Positions 31,339-40,000 of a stretch of 40,000 bases of DNA are shown piece by piece. The translations under genes and the position numbers were made by a program. Within the stretch, counting starts at the first letter, position 1. The number at the start of each line of letters is the position of its first letter. The notes under the pieces were generated by a model. That model did not search any database. It saw only the letters and a list, made by a program, of their open reading frames with translations, and had not been told where the DNA came from. The DNA is taken from contig JAPOYV010000086.1 of the NCBI GenBank assembly GCA_026706385.1, positions 17,985 to 57,984 on the forward strand. The letters run 5' to 3'. This DNA comes from Gammaproteobacteria bacterium (GTDB lineage Bacteria; Pseudomonadota; Gammaproteobacteria; Pseudomonadales; Azotimanducaceae).

Positions 31339-31776
31339 CTACGCCACGGTCCAGCCGTCGTCCAACAGCTTGACGCTCGCGAGCACCGGTCGGCCATCCG
31401 GTCGGGATGCCGTGTACCGCGCTTCGAGCCGACCGCCTCCGCTCGTTGCTTGCCGCGCCAGCGGCCAGGTGATCGAGTTGAGCGGCACCTTTACACGGTC
31501 GGTCCAGTGCGGCTCCGCAATCATCGAGCAGCGACCCACGCAGAGGTAGAAGAAGCGCCCGCCCGGCGGGCCTTGGACGAACGGACCGCCGAAGTCCGGC
31601 ATGTCGGGCTGCTTGCCTTGGCGCAGGGTGACGGTGAGATCGAACGGGATGTCGTCATCGTCTGCCTCGACGTAGTCCAGACGCTCGGCCTTGGCGCCCT
31701 TGCCATGTTGCAAGCAGAACGCGTAGCCGGCTGGCGGGCCGACCAGGACAATCTTCAGCACAAGGTCGCTCGGCAT
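31339..31776 (-). CDS. Conserved hypothetical protein (DUF5990-like)
   Basis: 145-aa ORF containing FGGPFVQGPPGGRFFYLCVG...HWTDRVKVPL. Family assignment is by memory only. Confidence 0.5.
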   Translation of the reverse strand: MPSDLVLKIVLVGPPAGYAFCLQHGKGAKAERLDYVEADDDDIPFDLTVTLRQGKQPDMPDFGGPFVQGPPGGRFFYLCVGRCSMIAEPHWTDRVKVPLNSITWPLARQATSGGGRLEARYTASRPDGRPVLASVKLLDDGWTVA

Positions 31777-31808
31777 GTCCTTCTCCTACTCGCGAGCGCC
31801 CCCACTTT

Positions 31809-31838
31809 CTTGCGAGGGGCAAGCCCCTCGCGCTCCCC
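31809..31838. repeat. REP-like palindromic 30-mer, copy B (intergenic, just downstream of the hydrolase stop)
   Basis: cttgcgaggggcaagcccctcgcgctcccc matches 10429-10458 at 29/30 positions. The hairpin gcgagggg-caag-cccctcgc may act as a terminator for the gene ending at 31848. Confidence 0.8.
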
Positions 31839-31847
31839 GGCCGGGTT

Positions 31848-32741
31848 TCAAGCCCGCAGCTTGGCCGCCATCGCGCGCAGTGCCGCCACGAACTCAAGCG
31901 GCTGGTCCAGGAACACGTGATGCTGGGCATCCTCGATTGCCTGCACTTGCACGTCGCCCGGGATCAGTTCGAGCGTGTAGTCGAGCGTGCTCTGGGTGAA
32001 CGACGTGCTCAAGGCGCCGTAGATGATGCCAACGGGCAGTGTCAGCCCCATGTAGTCCTCAGGCTGCCGTTCGCCGCCCTTCAAGGTCAGCGGCAGTTCC
32101 TCGTCGAACTTCCACGCCCACGTGCCGCCATCTAGCCGCATCAGCGACTGCTTGGCGATGTAATTGAGGATGTACTCGTTGGCGCACGGTTGCGGCGGAA
32201 ACAGGCGGAACCGCGCCTCGGCGGTTTCGCGGTCGGGATACGCCTTGGCCCGGCCGCCGCCCATCATCGGGCCGTCGGGAACCGGTTCGTCCGGGTTGCG
32301 AATACCGGAGTCGACAAGGATGAGCGCTCCAAAGCGTCCCGGGTGAAGGCTCGCAGCCTTGGCGGCCATCATGCCGCCGAAGCTGTGCCCAACGACGAGC
32401 ACGTCGTTGCCGAAACCGGCGGCATCGCACACCGCCATGATCTCCATCCCGTAGGTCTCGGCGTCGTAGGCGTAGCGGTAGTCGGAGTCGCCCATCCCCG
32501 TCAGATCCATCGCGGCCAACCGGTACTCGTCGGTGAGCTGCGGGGCGATGAAGTCCCACCATCGGCGGTGGGCGTTCATGCCGTGAATCAGCAGCATGGG
32601 GGGCTTGCCGGCCTCCCCCCAGGTCTGGAACACGACGTCGCACTCCTCGACTTCGACGGTGTGTTCCTCGGCGGGCGTTTCCACGGCCTGCCAGAACCAA
32701 TCCGGCACCTGTGGTCCACCACCCCGATCCCATCGTGCCAC
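31848..32741 (-). CDS. Alpha/beta-fold hydrolase
   Basis: PMLLIHGMNAHRRWW (oxyanion HG), VVGHSFGGMMA (GxSxG nucleophile elbow) and a C-terminal DAQHHVFLDQP (His) are present. The start is GTG. Confidence 0.85.
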   Translation of the reverse strand: MARWDRGGGPQVPDWFWQAVETPAEEHTVEVEECDVVFQTWGEAGKPPMLLIHGMNAHRRWWDFIAPQLTDEYRLAAMDLTGMGDSDYRYAYDAETYGMEIMAVCDAAGFGNDVLVVGHSFGGMMAAKAASLHPGRFGALILVDSGIRNPDEPVPDGPMMGGGRAKAYPDRETAEARFRLFPPQPCANEYILNYIAKQSLMRLDGGTWAWKFDEELPLTLKGGERQPEDYMGLTLPVGIIYGALSTSFTQSTLDYTLELIPGDVQVQAIEDAQHHVFLDQPLEFVAALRAMAAKLRA

Positions 32742-32929
32742 GGTCCGATGCCCCCAAGGCCCTGTCCGGCGCGCTACATTAACAGTTCAGTGGACCGAAT
32801 TCCGGCACAAGAAAACGATCCACCAAACGTTTGCGTCGGAACGTCCCCGGACGCACAATGGACCCCTTTCAGCGGTCGGGTACCGAGCCGCCGCGCGCGC
32901 CAAAGCGCACGGGTGAAGAGCGTGGGAGC

Positions 32930-35293
32930 ATGTTTCGCAAGCTGTTCAAACGTAAGCCACGCCTCGAAGCGGCCGAAGCCGAAGACCGTATTGCGGCCCT
33001 CGCCGACCTAACCGCAGACGATCAACCGGCCATTGTCCGGCTGTTCCAGGACGACCCGGATCCCGACGTGCGCCTAGCGGCTTTGGCGCGTCTGACGGAC
33101 CCGGACGCCTTGTCGGCAGGCCTCCAAGACCCCGTGCTCAAGGGACAGGTCGCCCAACAGGTCTTGGCCGTGGTGGGTGATGATGAAAAGGTCGCCTTGC
33201 GCCGTCACCCGTTGGTTCAGCACACCGCGCTGGCGCGGGCGGAAACAGCGGAAGCCGCGGTCAGGGCCGCGCGGCAAATCGACGATGCGTCGGCTCGGGC
33301 CACGGCGTTGGCGGCCAACCCGAACGCCCAGCTACGTCAAGCCGTGGTGGAGGCGACCTGGGAGCCTGCGGCCCTCATCGAGATCGAGAAGCTGGCGCGC
33401 GGGAGCGACAAGTCCGTCCTGCGCCTCGCCCGCGACCGCTTGGCGGAGTTCAAGTCCGCATCCCTGGATCGCGATCGGCAGGACGCCGAGATCGACAAGA
33501 TGCTGAGCGCCGCGGCGGCCCTGCGCGACGACGATCCACACTACGACGCGCGCCGCGATGCGATCGAGCGGGACTGGTCGAGTCTCCTCGACACCGTTCG
33601 TGCCACCGACGAACTGTTGGCGCGATTCGGCGTGGTCACGCGCGACGTCGACGCCAGCCGACGTCGATTCCCGGCCCGGCGCATCGTCACGCGGACCGTC
33701 GAAGTCGACACGGGGGCCGCGTTCGATCCGCTCCTCGCCGAGGCGACGGCGCTGCGCGACGCAGTCGCGGAGGCATTGGCAGGCGGCGTGACCCCGGAGT
33801 CGGTCGCAGCACTCAAGGAATCCGCGGGTGCGTTGGCCTCAAGGTGGAACGCTACCGCGGACGCACAGCCGCCAAGCGAGGAGATGAGCGCCCAGTTCCG
33901 CACCGCCATGGCGGCGCACTCGAGTCGAATGGACGTGGCCGTGCGCAGCATCGAGCTCGCCGCCGGTGCCGCATCGCTCCTCGACCACGACATTCCCGAC
34001 ACCGAGACATCGGACGCCAAGCCCGTCTACGCCCTGCGCAACAGCATCGACCGGCAACACGAGGACATCGACGCCCTCATCGCTCGTTACGATTGGCCCG
34101 AGGACGTGCCGGTTCCGCCCGTGCTTGTCGCGCTACGCGAGCGTCAGCAGGATCTTGAACGAGCCGCCGAGCGGTGCGACACCCTCGTGGTCGGTATCAC
34201 CGACGAGGTGACCGAAGCCCTCGCCGCGTTGCGCGACTGCGTCGAACGCGGCGCGGTACATGAGGCCGTGGAACGGGATCGCGCGCTTCGGGATCTGGTC
34301 AAGCGACTGCCGAGAAGCCAAGCGCAATCGTTCAGTGCCGACCTGCAGGACATCGGTGGACGGGTCCGCGAGCTGCGGGACTGGCGTGCCTACGCGGTTC
34401 GCCCGAAACGCGAAGCGCTCTGTCGGCAGATCGAGGAACTGGCCGAGACCCCTTTGGACGCCCACGCGCAGGCGGAGGCCGTCAGGACGCTGAGGGCACA
34501 GTGGAACGAGTTGGGCACGGGCGATACCCGTCGCGACCGCGAGCTCAAGAAGCAGTTCGATCGCAGCGCCGAACGCGCGTTCGAGCCCTGCCGGATCTAC
34601 TTCAAGGAGCAGGCGGCGAGGCGGTCCTTCAACCTCGAGCAGCGCAAGGCGATCGTGTCCGCCCTCGACGACTACATCGCCAACAACGACTGGGACCATG
34701 CGGACTGGCGCGGCGTCGAGAAGGTGCTGCGGCAGGCGCGCGCCGAGTGGCGCCACTACCATCCGGTGGACCGCAAGGTCGCGCGCGAACTCGCTGCCCG
34801 CTTCGAGACCTTAGCCGGCGACATCCACGGTCGCCTGAAGGAGCAGTGGGACCACAACATCGAGGCCAAGGAGGAAATCGTCGCGGCGGCAACCGAGGTC
34901 CAGGAATCCGGCGATCCCGCGACCGTCAAGGCCGACGCCATCAAGGCGCTACAGCGCCGTTGGAAAGACGTCGGTCCGCTCCCCCGACGCGCCGACCAGC
35001 GGCTCTGGAAGCTGTTCAGGGCGCAGTGCGACGCTGTATTCGACGCCCGCAACGAGGTGCGCGACCGCCACAGCCAACGCCAGCGCGCCGTGGCCGACGC
35101 CAACGCGCTCATCAACGAACTCGAGCGCCGGGTGGACATCGACCCCAGTCTCGACCGCAACACCATCGCCGAGTACGAGCGTCGTCTGCATGAACTCGGA
35201 TCGCTGCCCAATGACGTTCAGCGACGTGCGGATGCCATGCTCCAACACGCCGACCGGGTCGCGGTGGAGCGGCAGAACCGACGCGCGGAGTAA
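32930..35293 (+). CDS. DUF349 domain-containing protein (repetitive alpha-helical) with N-terminal HEAT-like repeats
   Basis: Start MFRKLFKRKP (ATG 32930) follows GGGAG. It has DPDPDVRLAALARLTD and repeated WR..G.....D..LW..FR modules (LRAQWNELG, LQRRWKDVGPLPRRADQRLWKLFRAQCDAVF). Confidence 0.75.
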   Translation: MFRKLFKRKPRLEAAEAEDRIAALADLTADDQPAIVRLFQDDPDPDVRLAALARLTDPDALSAGLQDPVLKGQVAQQVLAVVGDDEKVALRRHPLVQHTALARAETAEAAVRAARQIDDASARATALAANPNAQLRQAVVEATWEPAALIEIEKLARGSDKSVLRLARDRLAEFKSASLDRDRQDAEIDKMLSAAAALRDDDPHYDARRDAIERDWSSLLDTVRATDELLARFGVVTRDVDASRRRFPARRIVTRTVEVDTGAAFDPLLAEATALRDAVAEALAGGVTPESVAALKESAGALASRWNATADAQPPSEEMSAQFRTAMAAHSSRMDVAVRSIELAAGAASLLDHDIPDTETSDAKPVYALRNSIDRQHEDIDALIARYDWPEDVPVPPVLVALRERQQDLERAAERCDTLVVGITDEVTEALAALRDCVERGAVHEAVERDRALRDLVKRLPRSQAQSFSADLQDIGGRVRELRDWRAYAVRPKREALCRQIEELAETPLDAHAQAEAVRTLRAQWNELGTGDTRRDRELKKQFDRSAERAFEPCRIYFKEQAARRSFNLEQRKAIVSALDDYIANNDWDHADWRGVEKVLRQARAEWRHYHPVDRKVARELAARFETLAGDIHGRLKEQWDHNIEAKEEIVAAATEVQESGDPATVKADAIKALQRRWKDVGPLPRRADQRLWKLFRAQCDAVFDARNEVRDRHSQRQRAVADANALINELERRVDIDPSLDRNTIAEYERRLHELGSLPNDVQRRADAMLQHADRVAVERQNRRAE

Positions 35294-35295
35294 AC

Positions 35296-35336
35296 GCGAC
35301 CGCTTCGCGGCGTCGCTGTCGACCGCAAGCGGTCGC
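35296..35336. terminator. Hairpin between convergent genes (DUF349 gene / histidine kinase)
   Basis: gcgaccgctt (35296-35305) pairs with aagcggtcgc (35327-35336), a 10-bp stem with a 21-nt loop, starting 3 nt after the stop at 35293. There is no U-tract. Confidence 0.4.
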
Positions 35337-35429
35337 CCCGAGAATTCGCTGCGCGAGTTCTCCCGGAGGCGAGGCGGCGCAGACCGCCAGGCAACAAGAC
35401 TCGGGTTTGCTGCATGGACGCGCCTCGCG

Positions 35430-36836
35430 CTAGCCCGGGAGCCGTAGGCGCAACCGGGCACCGCCTAGGTCGCTCGCCTCTATTGCCAGGGCGCCTTCGT
35501 AGGCCGCGGCGATTTCCACGACCACCGCCAAACCGATCCCTTGGCCCGGGCTTTTCGTATCGACGCGCGTGCCGCGCTCAAGCACCGCCGTGCGCTGGGC
35601 GGGCGCGATGCCGTCGCCGTCGTCCTCCACCCACACCTCCACCCCGTTGGCAACGTCGCGCACCGACAGTCGGACCCGGGAACGCGTGTACTTGAATGCG
35701 TTTTCGATCAGGTTGCCGAGCATCTCCATGAGATCCCGCTCGTCCACGCGCACGCTCAACCCGGAGGTCACCAGTTCCGTGGTCACCGGCTTGTCAGCAT
35801 AGGCGCGCTCCACGGCGCGGACGATGCGCTCGGCGGTTCCCATTACCGAAACCCGGACCAGGGGCAAGGCTGCGGGCACCGCGGCGGCCCGCGACAGTTG
35901 GTGGCCGACCGTGGACTCCATGCGCTCGATCTGCTCGCTCAAGACGCACGCGCCTGTGTCGGCGTGTTCGCCGTCGTGCCGGACCGCGTTCTTGAGCACG
36001 GCGAGCGGCGTCTTCAGACTGTGCGCCAAGTCGTCCATCGCTCGCCGATAGCGGTCCCGGTTGGCGCGCTCGTGGGCGATGAAACGGTTGAGGTTACCGG
36101 CGAGTCCGGACAGTTCGCGGGGATAGTCGTCGCCGATGTTGCGCCGTTTGCCGGATTCAAGCCCGCGGATGCGATCCGCCATGCGCCGCACCGGCGCCAA
36201 ACCCCAGCGCAGGGCCGCGAACTGAATGGCGACGAAAACGGCGGCCGCAACCCCGAGCCAGACGACGATGTCCTGCCGGAACGCCGACAACTGGCGCAGG
36301 TAGGGGTGCTGATCGGCGAGGACCCAGAACGTGAGTTCCATATCGTTGAGCGCCTCCCAGACCACCGTGTACGCGTAAACAAAGCGCCTTGGGTCGCCGG
36401 CCTTCTGCACCGGGCCGAAGTACGACTCTCCCGGCGCCGGCCGCGCGATTGGGGGTTCGTCCGCGATGCCCGTCGCCGCAACCAAGACGGTTGGTGATCG
36501 CCAGATCACGCCCGCGCCCGCCGCGTCCACGTACGCATAGAGGCCGGAGTCCGGCTGGCTGAGGCGCTGTTCCCCGAGTTCCGCGAACACCAGGTGGTCG
36601 CCACGCTCCACGGCCGCGCCGAGCAATCCGTTGGCCACGGCCCGAAGTTGGTCCTCGGCGCCGCGTAGCACGGCCTGGCGGTAGGACTCGTCGAGCAGCA
36701 AGGCGACGACGCCGAGGCAGCATGCCAGCACGACGGTCGTCATGGCGAGGAGACGGGCTTGCAGACCAAAGCGCCGCGCCCACGGCCGAGCGCTCGCCGA
36801 AGGTGGAGGCGCGACCCCGGTCGCCTCAGTCGCCAT
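35430..36836 (-). CDS. Two-component sensor histidine kinase (PhoQ/RstB-like)
   Basis: Two TMs, HAMP, H-box MDDLAHSLKTPLAVL, N-box LGNLIENAFKY, G1 DDGDGI and G2 GQGIGLAVV are present. The gene overlaps the regulator gene by 11 nt. Confidence 0.9.
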   Translation of the reverse strand: MATEATGVAPPPSASARPWARRFGLQARLLAMTTVVLACCLGVVALLLDESYRQAVLRGAEDQLRAVANGLLGAAVERGDHLVFAELGEQRLSQPDSGLYAYVDAAGAGVIWRSPTVLVAATGIADEPPIARPAPGESYFGPVQKAGDPRRFVYAYTVVWEALNDMELTFWVLADQHPYLRQLSAFRQDIVVWLGVAAAVFVAIQFAALRWGLAPVRRMADRIRGLESGKRRNIGDDYPRELSGLAGNLNRFIAHERANRDRYRRAMDDLAHSLKTPLAVLKNAVRHDGEHADTGACVLSEQIERMESTVGHQLSRAAAVPAALPLVRVSVMGTAERIVRAVERAYADKPVTTELVTSGLSVRVDERDLMEMLGNLIENAFKYTRSRVRLSVRDVANGVEVWVEDDGDGIAPAQRTAVLERGTRVDTKSPGQGIGLAVVVEIAAAYEGALAIEASDLGGARLRLRLPG

Positions 36837-37509
36837 CCGTCCCCAAGGCCAGTCGATAGCCTTGGCCGCGCACGGTGCGGATCGGGCGGATCTTGTCGTC
36901 GGGATCGAGCTTGCGCCGCAAGCGTCGCACGAAAACCTCGATGACGTTGCTGTCGCGTTCGAAGTCCTGCTCGTAGAGGTGGTCGGTCAGCTCCGACTTG
37001 GACACCACGCGGGCCGCATTCACCGTCAGGTATTCCAGAACCCTATACTCGAAGGCGGTCAGCTCCACGCGGCTGTCGTCGAGGCGGACTTCCTTGCGCG
37101 CCGTATCGAGCCTCAGCGGCCCGCGCTCGATGATCGCCGAGGCATGTCCCGCCGCGCGGCGGATCAGCACCCGGATCCGCGCCAGCAGTTCCTCCATGTG
37201 GAACGGCTTGGTGAGATAGTCGTCGGCCCCGGCCTCGAGCCCGGTCACCTTGTCGCGCCAGTCGCCCCGCGCGGTGAGAATCAGGATCGGCATACGGTTG
37301 TGCTCGCCGCGCAGCTTGCGGATCAGGCCGAGCCCGTCCAGCTTCGGCAAACCGAGGTCGATCACGGCCGCGTCGTAGTCGTACTCGCGCCCGTAGTAGA
37401 GGCCCTCCTCGCCGTCGGACGCGACATCCACGACGAAGCCCTCGTCGCGCAGGAACTTGTCCACTTGCGCGGCGAGCAGCATCTCGTCCTCGACGATCAG
37501 GACACGCAC
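36826..37509 (-). CDS. OmpR/PhoB-family response regulator
   Basis: MRVLIVEDE, the acceptor DAAVIDLGLPKLDG, ILILTARGD, KPF and a winged helix IRTVRGQGYRL are present. Confidence 0.92.
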   Translation of the reverse strand: MRVLIVEDEMLLAAQVDKFLRDEGFVVDVASDGEEGLYYGREYDYDAAVIDLGLPKLDGLGLIRKLRGEHNRMPILILTARGDWRDKVTGLEAGADDYLTKPFHMEELLARIRVLIRRAAGHASAIIERGPLRLDTARKEVRLDDSRVELTAFEYRVLEYLTVNAARVVSKSELTDHLYEQDFERDSNVIEVFVRRLRRKLDPDDKIRPIRTVRGQGYRLALGTDGD

Positions 37510-37513
37510 GGGT

Positions 37514-37855
37514 TCAACCCTCGTGGATGCGTCCGCGAGCGTCGACGAAGACGGTCTTCACCGTGCCTTCGACGTCCACGCGAAACCGGTACCCGCGTTC
37601 CGACTTGCCATCGGAACGGCGTCTTTGCGCCTCCGTCGCCGAAAGCACGCGCCCGCCAAACGCTTGCCGGACAATGGCCGTGGCGTCCTTGAGCGAGACG
37701 CGGGCGGACGCTTCGCGCTTGGCTGGTTCGACGGATTCGCCGCGTTGTGGCGCTTCTGCTGCGGCACCGCCAGGTTCGGCATCCCCGCCACGCGCCGCAG
37801 CGGGTGCGAGCGCCACGGCGACGCTGAAAAGAAAAGCGAGTGGCGTGTTCGGCAT
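37514..37855 (-). CDS. PepSY domain-containing periplasmic protein
   Basis: Start MPNTPLAFLFSVAVALAPAAA (ATG 37855) follows GGGAGG. The PepSY-like C-terminus reads LKDATAIVRQAFGGRVLSA...YRFRVDVEGTVKTVFVDARGRI. The gene is in the same operon as the two-component system. Confidence 0.7.
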   Translation of the reverse strand: MPNTPLAFLFSVAVALAPAAARGGDAEPGGAAAEAPQRGESVEPAKREASARVSLKDATAIVRQAFGGRVLSATEAQRRRSDGKSERGYRFRVDVEGTVKTVFVDARGRIHEG

Positions 37856-37914
37856 TTCGCCTCCCGGGCCTTTGCGGCACGGCCATTCTACGCCCCACCC
37901 GTTCCGGAACACTC

Positions 37915-38442
37915 TCAGGCCGGCGTGACGCGCACGCGCACGCGGATGGTCTCGCCGGGACGGTGGTCGGTGCGCGCGCGGTACGTTTCCCCCGCGTACC
38001 GGTAGGTGACCAAGTAGCCGGTAACCCGTTGCTCAGTACGCCGCCGATCATGGGTTTTGCAGACTTCCTGGGTGACGACGCGAACCTTGCGCACGCCGCC
38101 GCTGCGCGCCCGCTCGCGACGAGCGATGTCGTGGCCGATGCTGCCGCCGAGCACGGCACCGACCACCGCGCCGATCTGCTTATTGCGCTTGTTGTGGCCG
38201 ACGGCATTGCCGACGGCTCCGCCGACGAGCGCCCCGACAAGGGGAGCGGTAGCGCTTGACGCTGTGTCCCGGGGCCGCTGACGGACATCCTCGTACCAGC
38301 AACGCTCTTCGGGCTCGACCACTTCGACGGTGGCCATGATCGGCTCCACGTCCAAGACTGGCACTTCGTGGTACTGGACGCCGGCGAGGGCAACGCCCGG
38401 CGCGCTGGCAAGGCCGCAAACCAATGCAAGCATCTTGTTCAT
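37915..38442 (-). CDS. Glycine-zipper 2TM (Rick_17kDa_Anti-like) outer-membrane/periplasmic protein
   Basis: It has a signal peptide MNKMLALVCGLASAPGVALA and the glycine zipper GALVGGAVGNAVGHNKRNKQIGAVVGAVLGGSIGHDI. Confidence 0.75.
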   Translation of the reverse strand: MNKMLALVCGLASAPGVALAGVQYHEVPVLDVEPIMATVEVVEPEERCWYEDVRQRPRDTASSATAPLVGALVGGAVGNAVGHNKRNKQIGAVVGAVLGGSIGHDIARRERARSGGVRKVRVVTQEVCKTHDRRRTEQRVTGYLVTYRYAGETYRARTDHRPGETIRVRVRVTPA

Positions 38443-38524
38443 GTCGGTTCTCCCAACGGTGCTTCGGTGACGAGTCGGCAGTATGGGAGGGCCGATCTGA
38501 ATCGAACCTGAACGGGCGCGGCGG

Positions 38525-39403
38525 TCAGTTCCGGGCCATGTGCACTGCCGCGATGCGGTGGTCCTCGGCCAACTCCACCGTGACGTCCGCCGTGTTCGGA
38601 AGCTCCGCGAGCATGCGCCGGGTGATGCGCTCGTAGTGCGCGACGAAGTGGGCGATCTCGGCCGCCGTCATGCGCTGCGCGCGAGGCCGTTCGCCTTCCT
38701 GCTGCAAACGCCAGCGGCGGACCGCGTCGAGGCCCGGGACCCGGAGGAACAGGATCGCGTCGAGCGCGGCGTTGAGTTCCGCGTACGCCCCGCACAAGGC
38801 ATCGTCGATGGCGTTGCGCCAAACGCCGTCGACGTCGGATTGACGTTCGAGCGTATTGATGGGGGCCGAGGACTCGCCCGCCGGCCGCGGCGGGGCGCCG
38901 ACGCACCAGCCTTCCACCACGACGATGTCCGCCGGACCTGCGACGGTCGCTTCCCCCGCGCGGTCGTCGATGCCCTTGTCGAAGCGCGGCACGGCCGCAT
39001 CATCCCCGCGCGTCAGCGCCTCAAGGGTCCGGAGTAGCAGCGGGACCGCGTGCGTTCCCGGCGGGCCGCGGGTTCTGAACAACGGATGTACCTCGGCGGC
39101 GAGACGTTCCCGCTCCGCCTTGGTCAGGTAGAAGTCGTCGATGCTGAGCACCACGACCCGCTGGCCGTGGAACGCGCCGGCTGCCGCCAACAGCAGGCCA
39201 AGCGTCGACTTGCCCGCGCCCTGACCGCCAGCCACCCCCACGGTCCTGATACCGCGGGCGCGCCAGTCGTCAACAAGCAGCGCCGCAAGCTGCCGGTAGT
39301 CGTCGGGGGCGTTTGCGTCCAGCGACGCATAGCATTCGCGAGCCCCTGGGGACGAGCGGACACCTGCCATTGCGGCAATCGGCATTGCCGTGGCGATGCG
39401 CAC
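38525..39403 (-). CDS. P-loop kinase (glycerate-3-kinase/uridine-kinase-like, COG4240-type)
   Basis: It has Walker A GVAGGQGAGKSTL, then VLSIDDFYLTKAER and FRTRGPPGTH. It starts 4 nt after the dinG stop. Confidence 0.65.
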   Translation of the reverse strand: MRIATAMPIAAMAGVRSSPGARECYASLDANAPDDYRQLAALLVDDWRARGIRTVGVAGGQGAGKSTLGLLLAAAGAFHGQRVVVLSIDDFYLTKAERERLAAEVHPLFRTRGPPGTHAVPLLLRTLEALTRGDDAAVPRFDKGIDDRAGEATVAGPADIVVVEGWCVGAPPRPAGESSAPINTLERQSDVDGVWRNAIDDALCGAYAELNAALDAILFLRVPGLDAVRRWRLQQEGERPRAQRMTAAEIAHFVAHYERITRRMLAELPNTADVTVELAEDHRIAAVHMARN

Positions 39404-39407
39404 GCTT

Positions 39408-40000
39408 CTAGGCGACTTCCAGCCGGTACGGCGGCAACGAGTCCAGCAGCGCTTGCCCGTAGCGTCGGGTCACGATGCGGCGGTCGAGCAAGGTGATGCG
39501 CCCGCCGTCGGTCTCGTGACGGATCAGGCGGCCGCACGCTTGCACGAGGCGCAGCGACGCGTCCGGGACGCTGATCTCGAAGAACGGATTCCTGCCCTGG
39601 GCTTCGAGCCACTCGGCGATGGCTTCATCCACTGGGTCGTCCGGTACGGCGAAGGGGATCTTGGCGATGATCACGTGGCGGCAGTAGTCGCCTGGCAGGT
39701 CGACGCCCTCGGCGAAACTGGCCAACCCGAATAGGTAGCTCGGCTCGCCCGCGTCGATGGCCTCGCGATGCTCTTCGAGCAAGCGCTGCTTCGACGCGCT
39801 GTCCTGCAGCCGGCAACGTTCGAGGACAGCTTCCGGCAGCGACGCGGCGACAGCGTTGAACTGCCGCCACGACGTGAACAGGGCAAGCGCGCTGCACTCG
39901 AGTTCGAGCAGGTCGGGCAGGAGCGCCGCCAACTCCTCGGTGTGCGCGGCACTGTCGCCGGGATTGGACTGCATCCGCGGCACGGAGAACGTCGCGATCC
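39408..40000 (-). CDS. dinG: ATP-dependent DNA helicase DinG-family, C-terminal part (5' end outside window)
   Basis: The frame stays open beyond the ORF-track GTG at 39983 to the window edge. Helicase motifs V/VI are present: LFGLASFAEGVDLPGDYCRHVIIAKIPFAVPDDP and LVQACGRLIRHETDGGRITLLDRRI. Confidence 0.8.
   Translation of the reverse strand, partial: IATFSVPRMQSNPGDSAAHTEELAALLPDLLELECSALALFTSWRQFNAVAASLPEAVLERCRLQDSASKQRLLEEHREAIDAGEPSYLFGLASFAEGVDLPGDYCRHVIIAKIPFAVPDDPVDEAIAEWLEAQGRNPFFEISVPDASLRLVQACGRLIRHETDGGRITLLDRRIVTRRYGQALLDSLPPYRLEVA

Noticed and set aside
29850-31397. 515-aa minus-strand ORF.
   Set aside because: It is an out-of-frame shadow of the MFS transporter gene, is Arg/Gly/Pro-rich, and crosses the convergent gene junction.

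Overview
This is a high-GC, proteobacterial-type chromosomal window that is almost fully coding. Spot counts of single 60-nt lines give about 70% G+C in the flanks; I did not compute a sliding window. All calls rest on my own translation and motif recognition, with no database or HMM search.

Left part (1-13.7 kb): a partial CYTH-CHAD gene that the ORF track misses because it runs off the window; a PhyH-like Fe(II)/2OG dioxygenase; a DUF2178-like membrane protein plus XRE HTH pair behind a clear promoter/operator palindrome; an amidohydrolase; a MacAB/DevCBA-type tripartite ABC efflux unit (ATPase, adaptor, FtsX-type permease); a divergent ProA paralog; and ccmF-ccmG-ccmH-ccmI, translationally coupled by overlapping start/stop codons.

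Middle part (13.7-28.1 kb): an 1805-aa secreted S8 subtilase carrying four tandem NDxF...WxWxAP modules and a C-terminal beta-propeller. Next to it is a Cre/Xer-type tyrosine recombinase gene bracketed by a perfect 13-nt inverted repeat that extends imperfectly to about 40 nt. A visibly lower-GC accessory segment follows (spot counts about 45-58%). It carries:
- a small Cys-rich TSP3-repeat / Gly-zipper protein;
- a 2-TM miniprotein;
- a 1128-aa protein combining a polytopic (ABC-2-like) membrane domain, an M1-aminopeptidase-like domain with no HExxH, and a golvesin-C-like tail;
- decayed IS200-like (Y1, COG1943-type) transposase fragments with associated repeats;
- a bacterial PH-domain membrane protein and several tiny hydrophobic ORFs.

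Right part (28.1-40 kb): an S9 prolyl-oligopeptidase gene broken by two 1-nt frameshifts, an MFS transporter, a DUF5990-like protein, an alpha/beta hydrolase, a DUF349 protein, a PepSY / OmpR-type regulator / histidine kinase operon, a glycine-zipper protein, a P-loop kinase and a partial DinG helicase.

I saw no rRNA, tRNA or CRISPR array.

The most interesting candidate is the recombinase unit bounded by inverted repeats. It sits exactly between the giant protease gene and the low-GC cargo operon, so it could be an invertible switch or a single-recombinase mobile unit. The cargo cassette built around a catalytically dead M1-like membrane protein is the second candidate.
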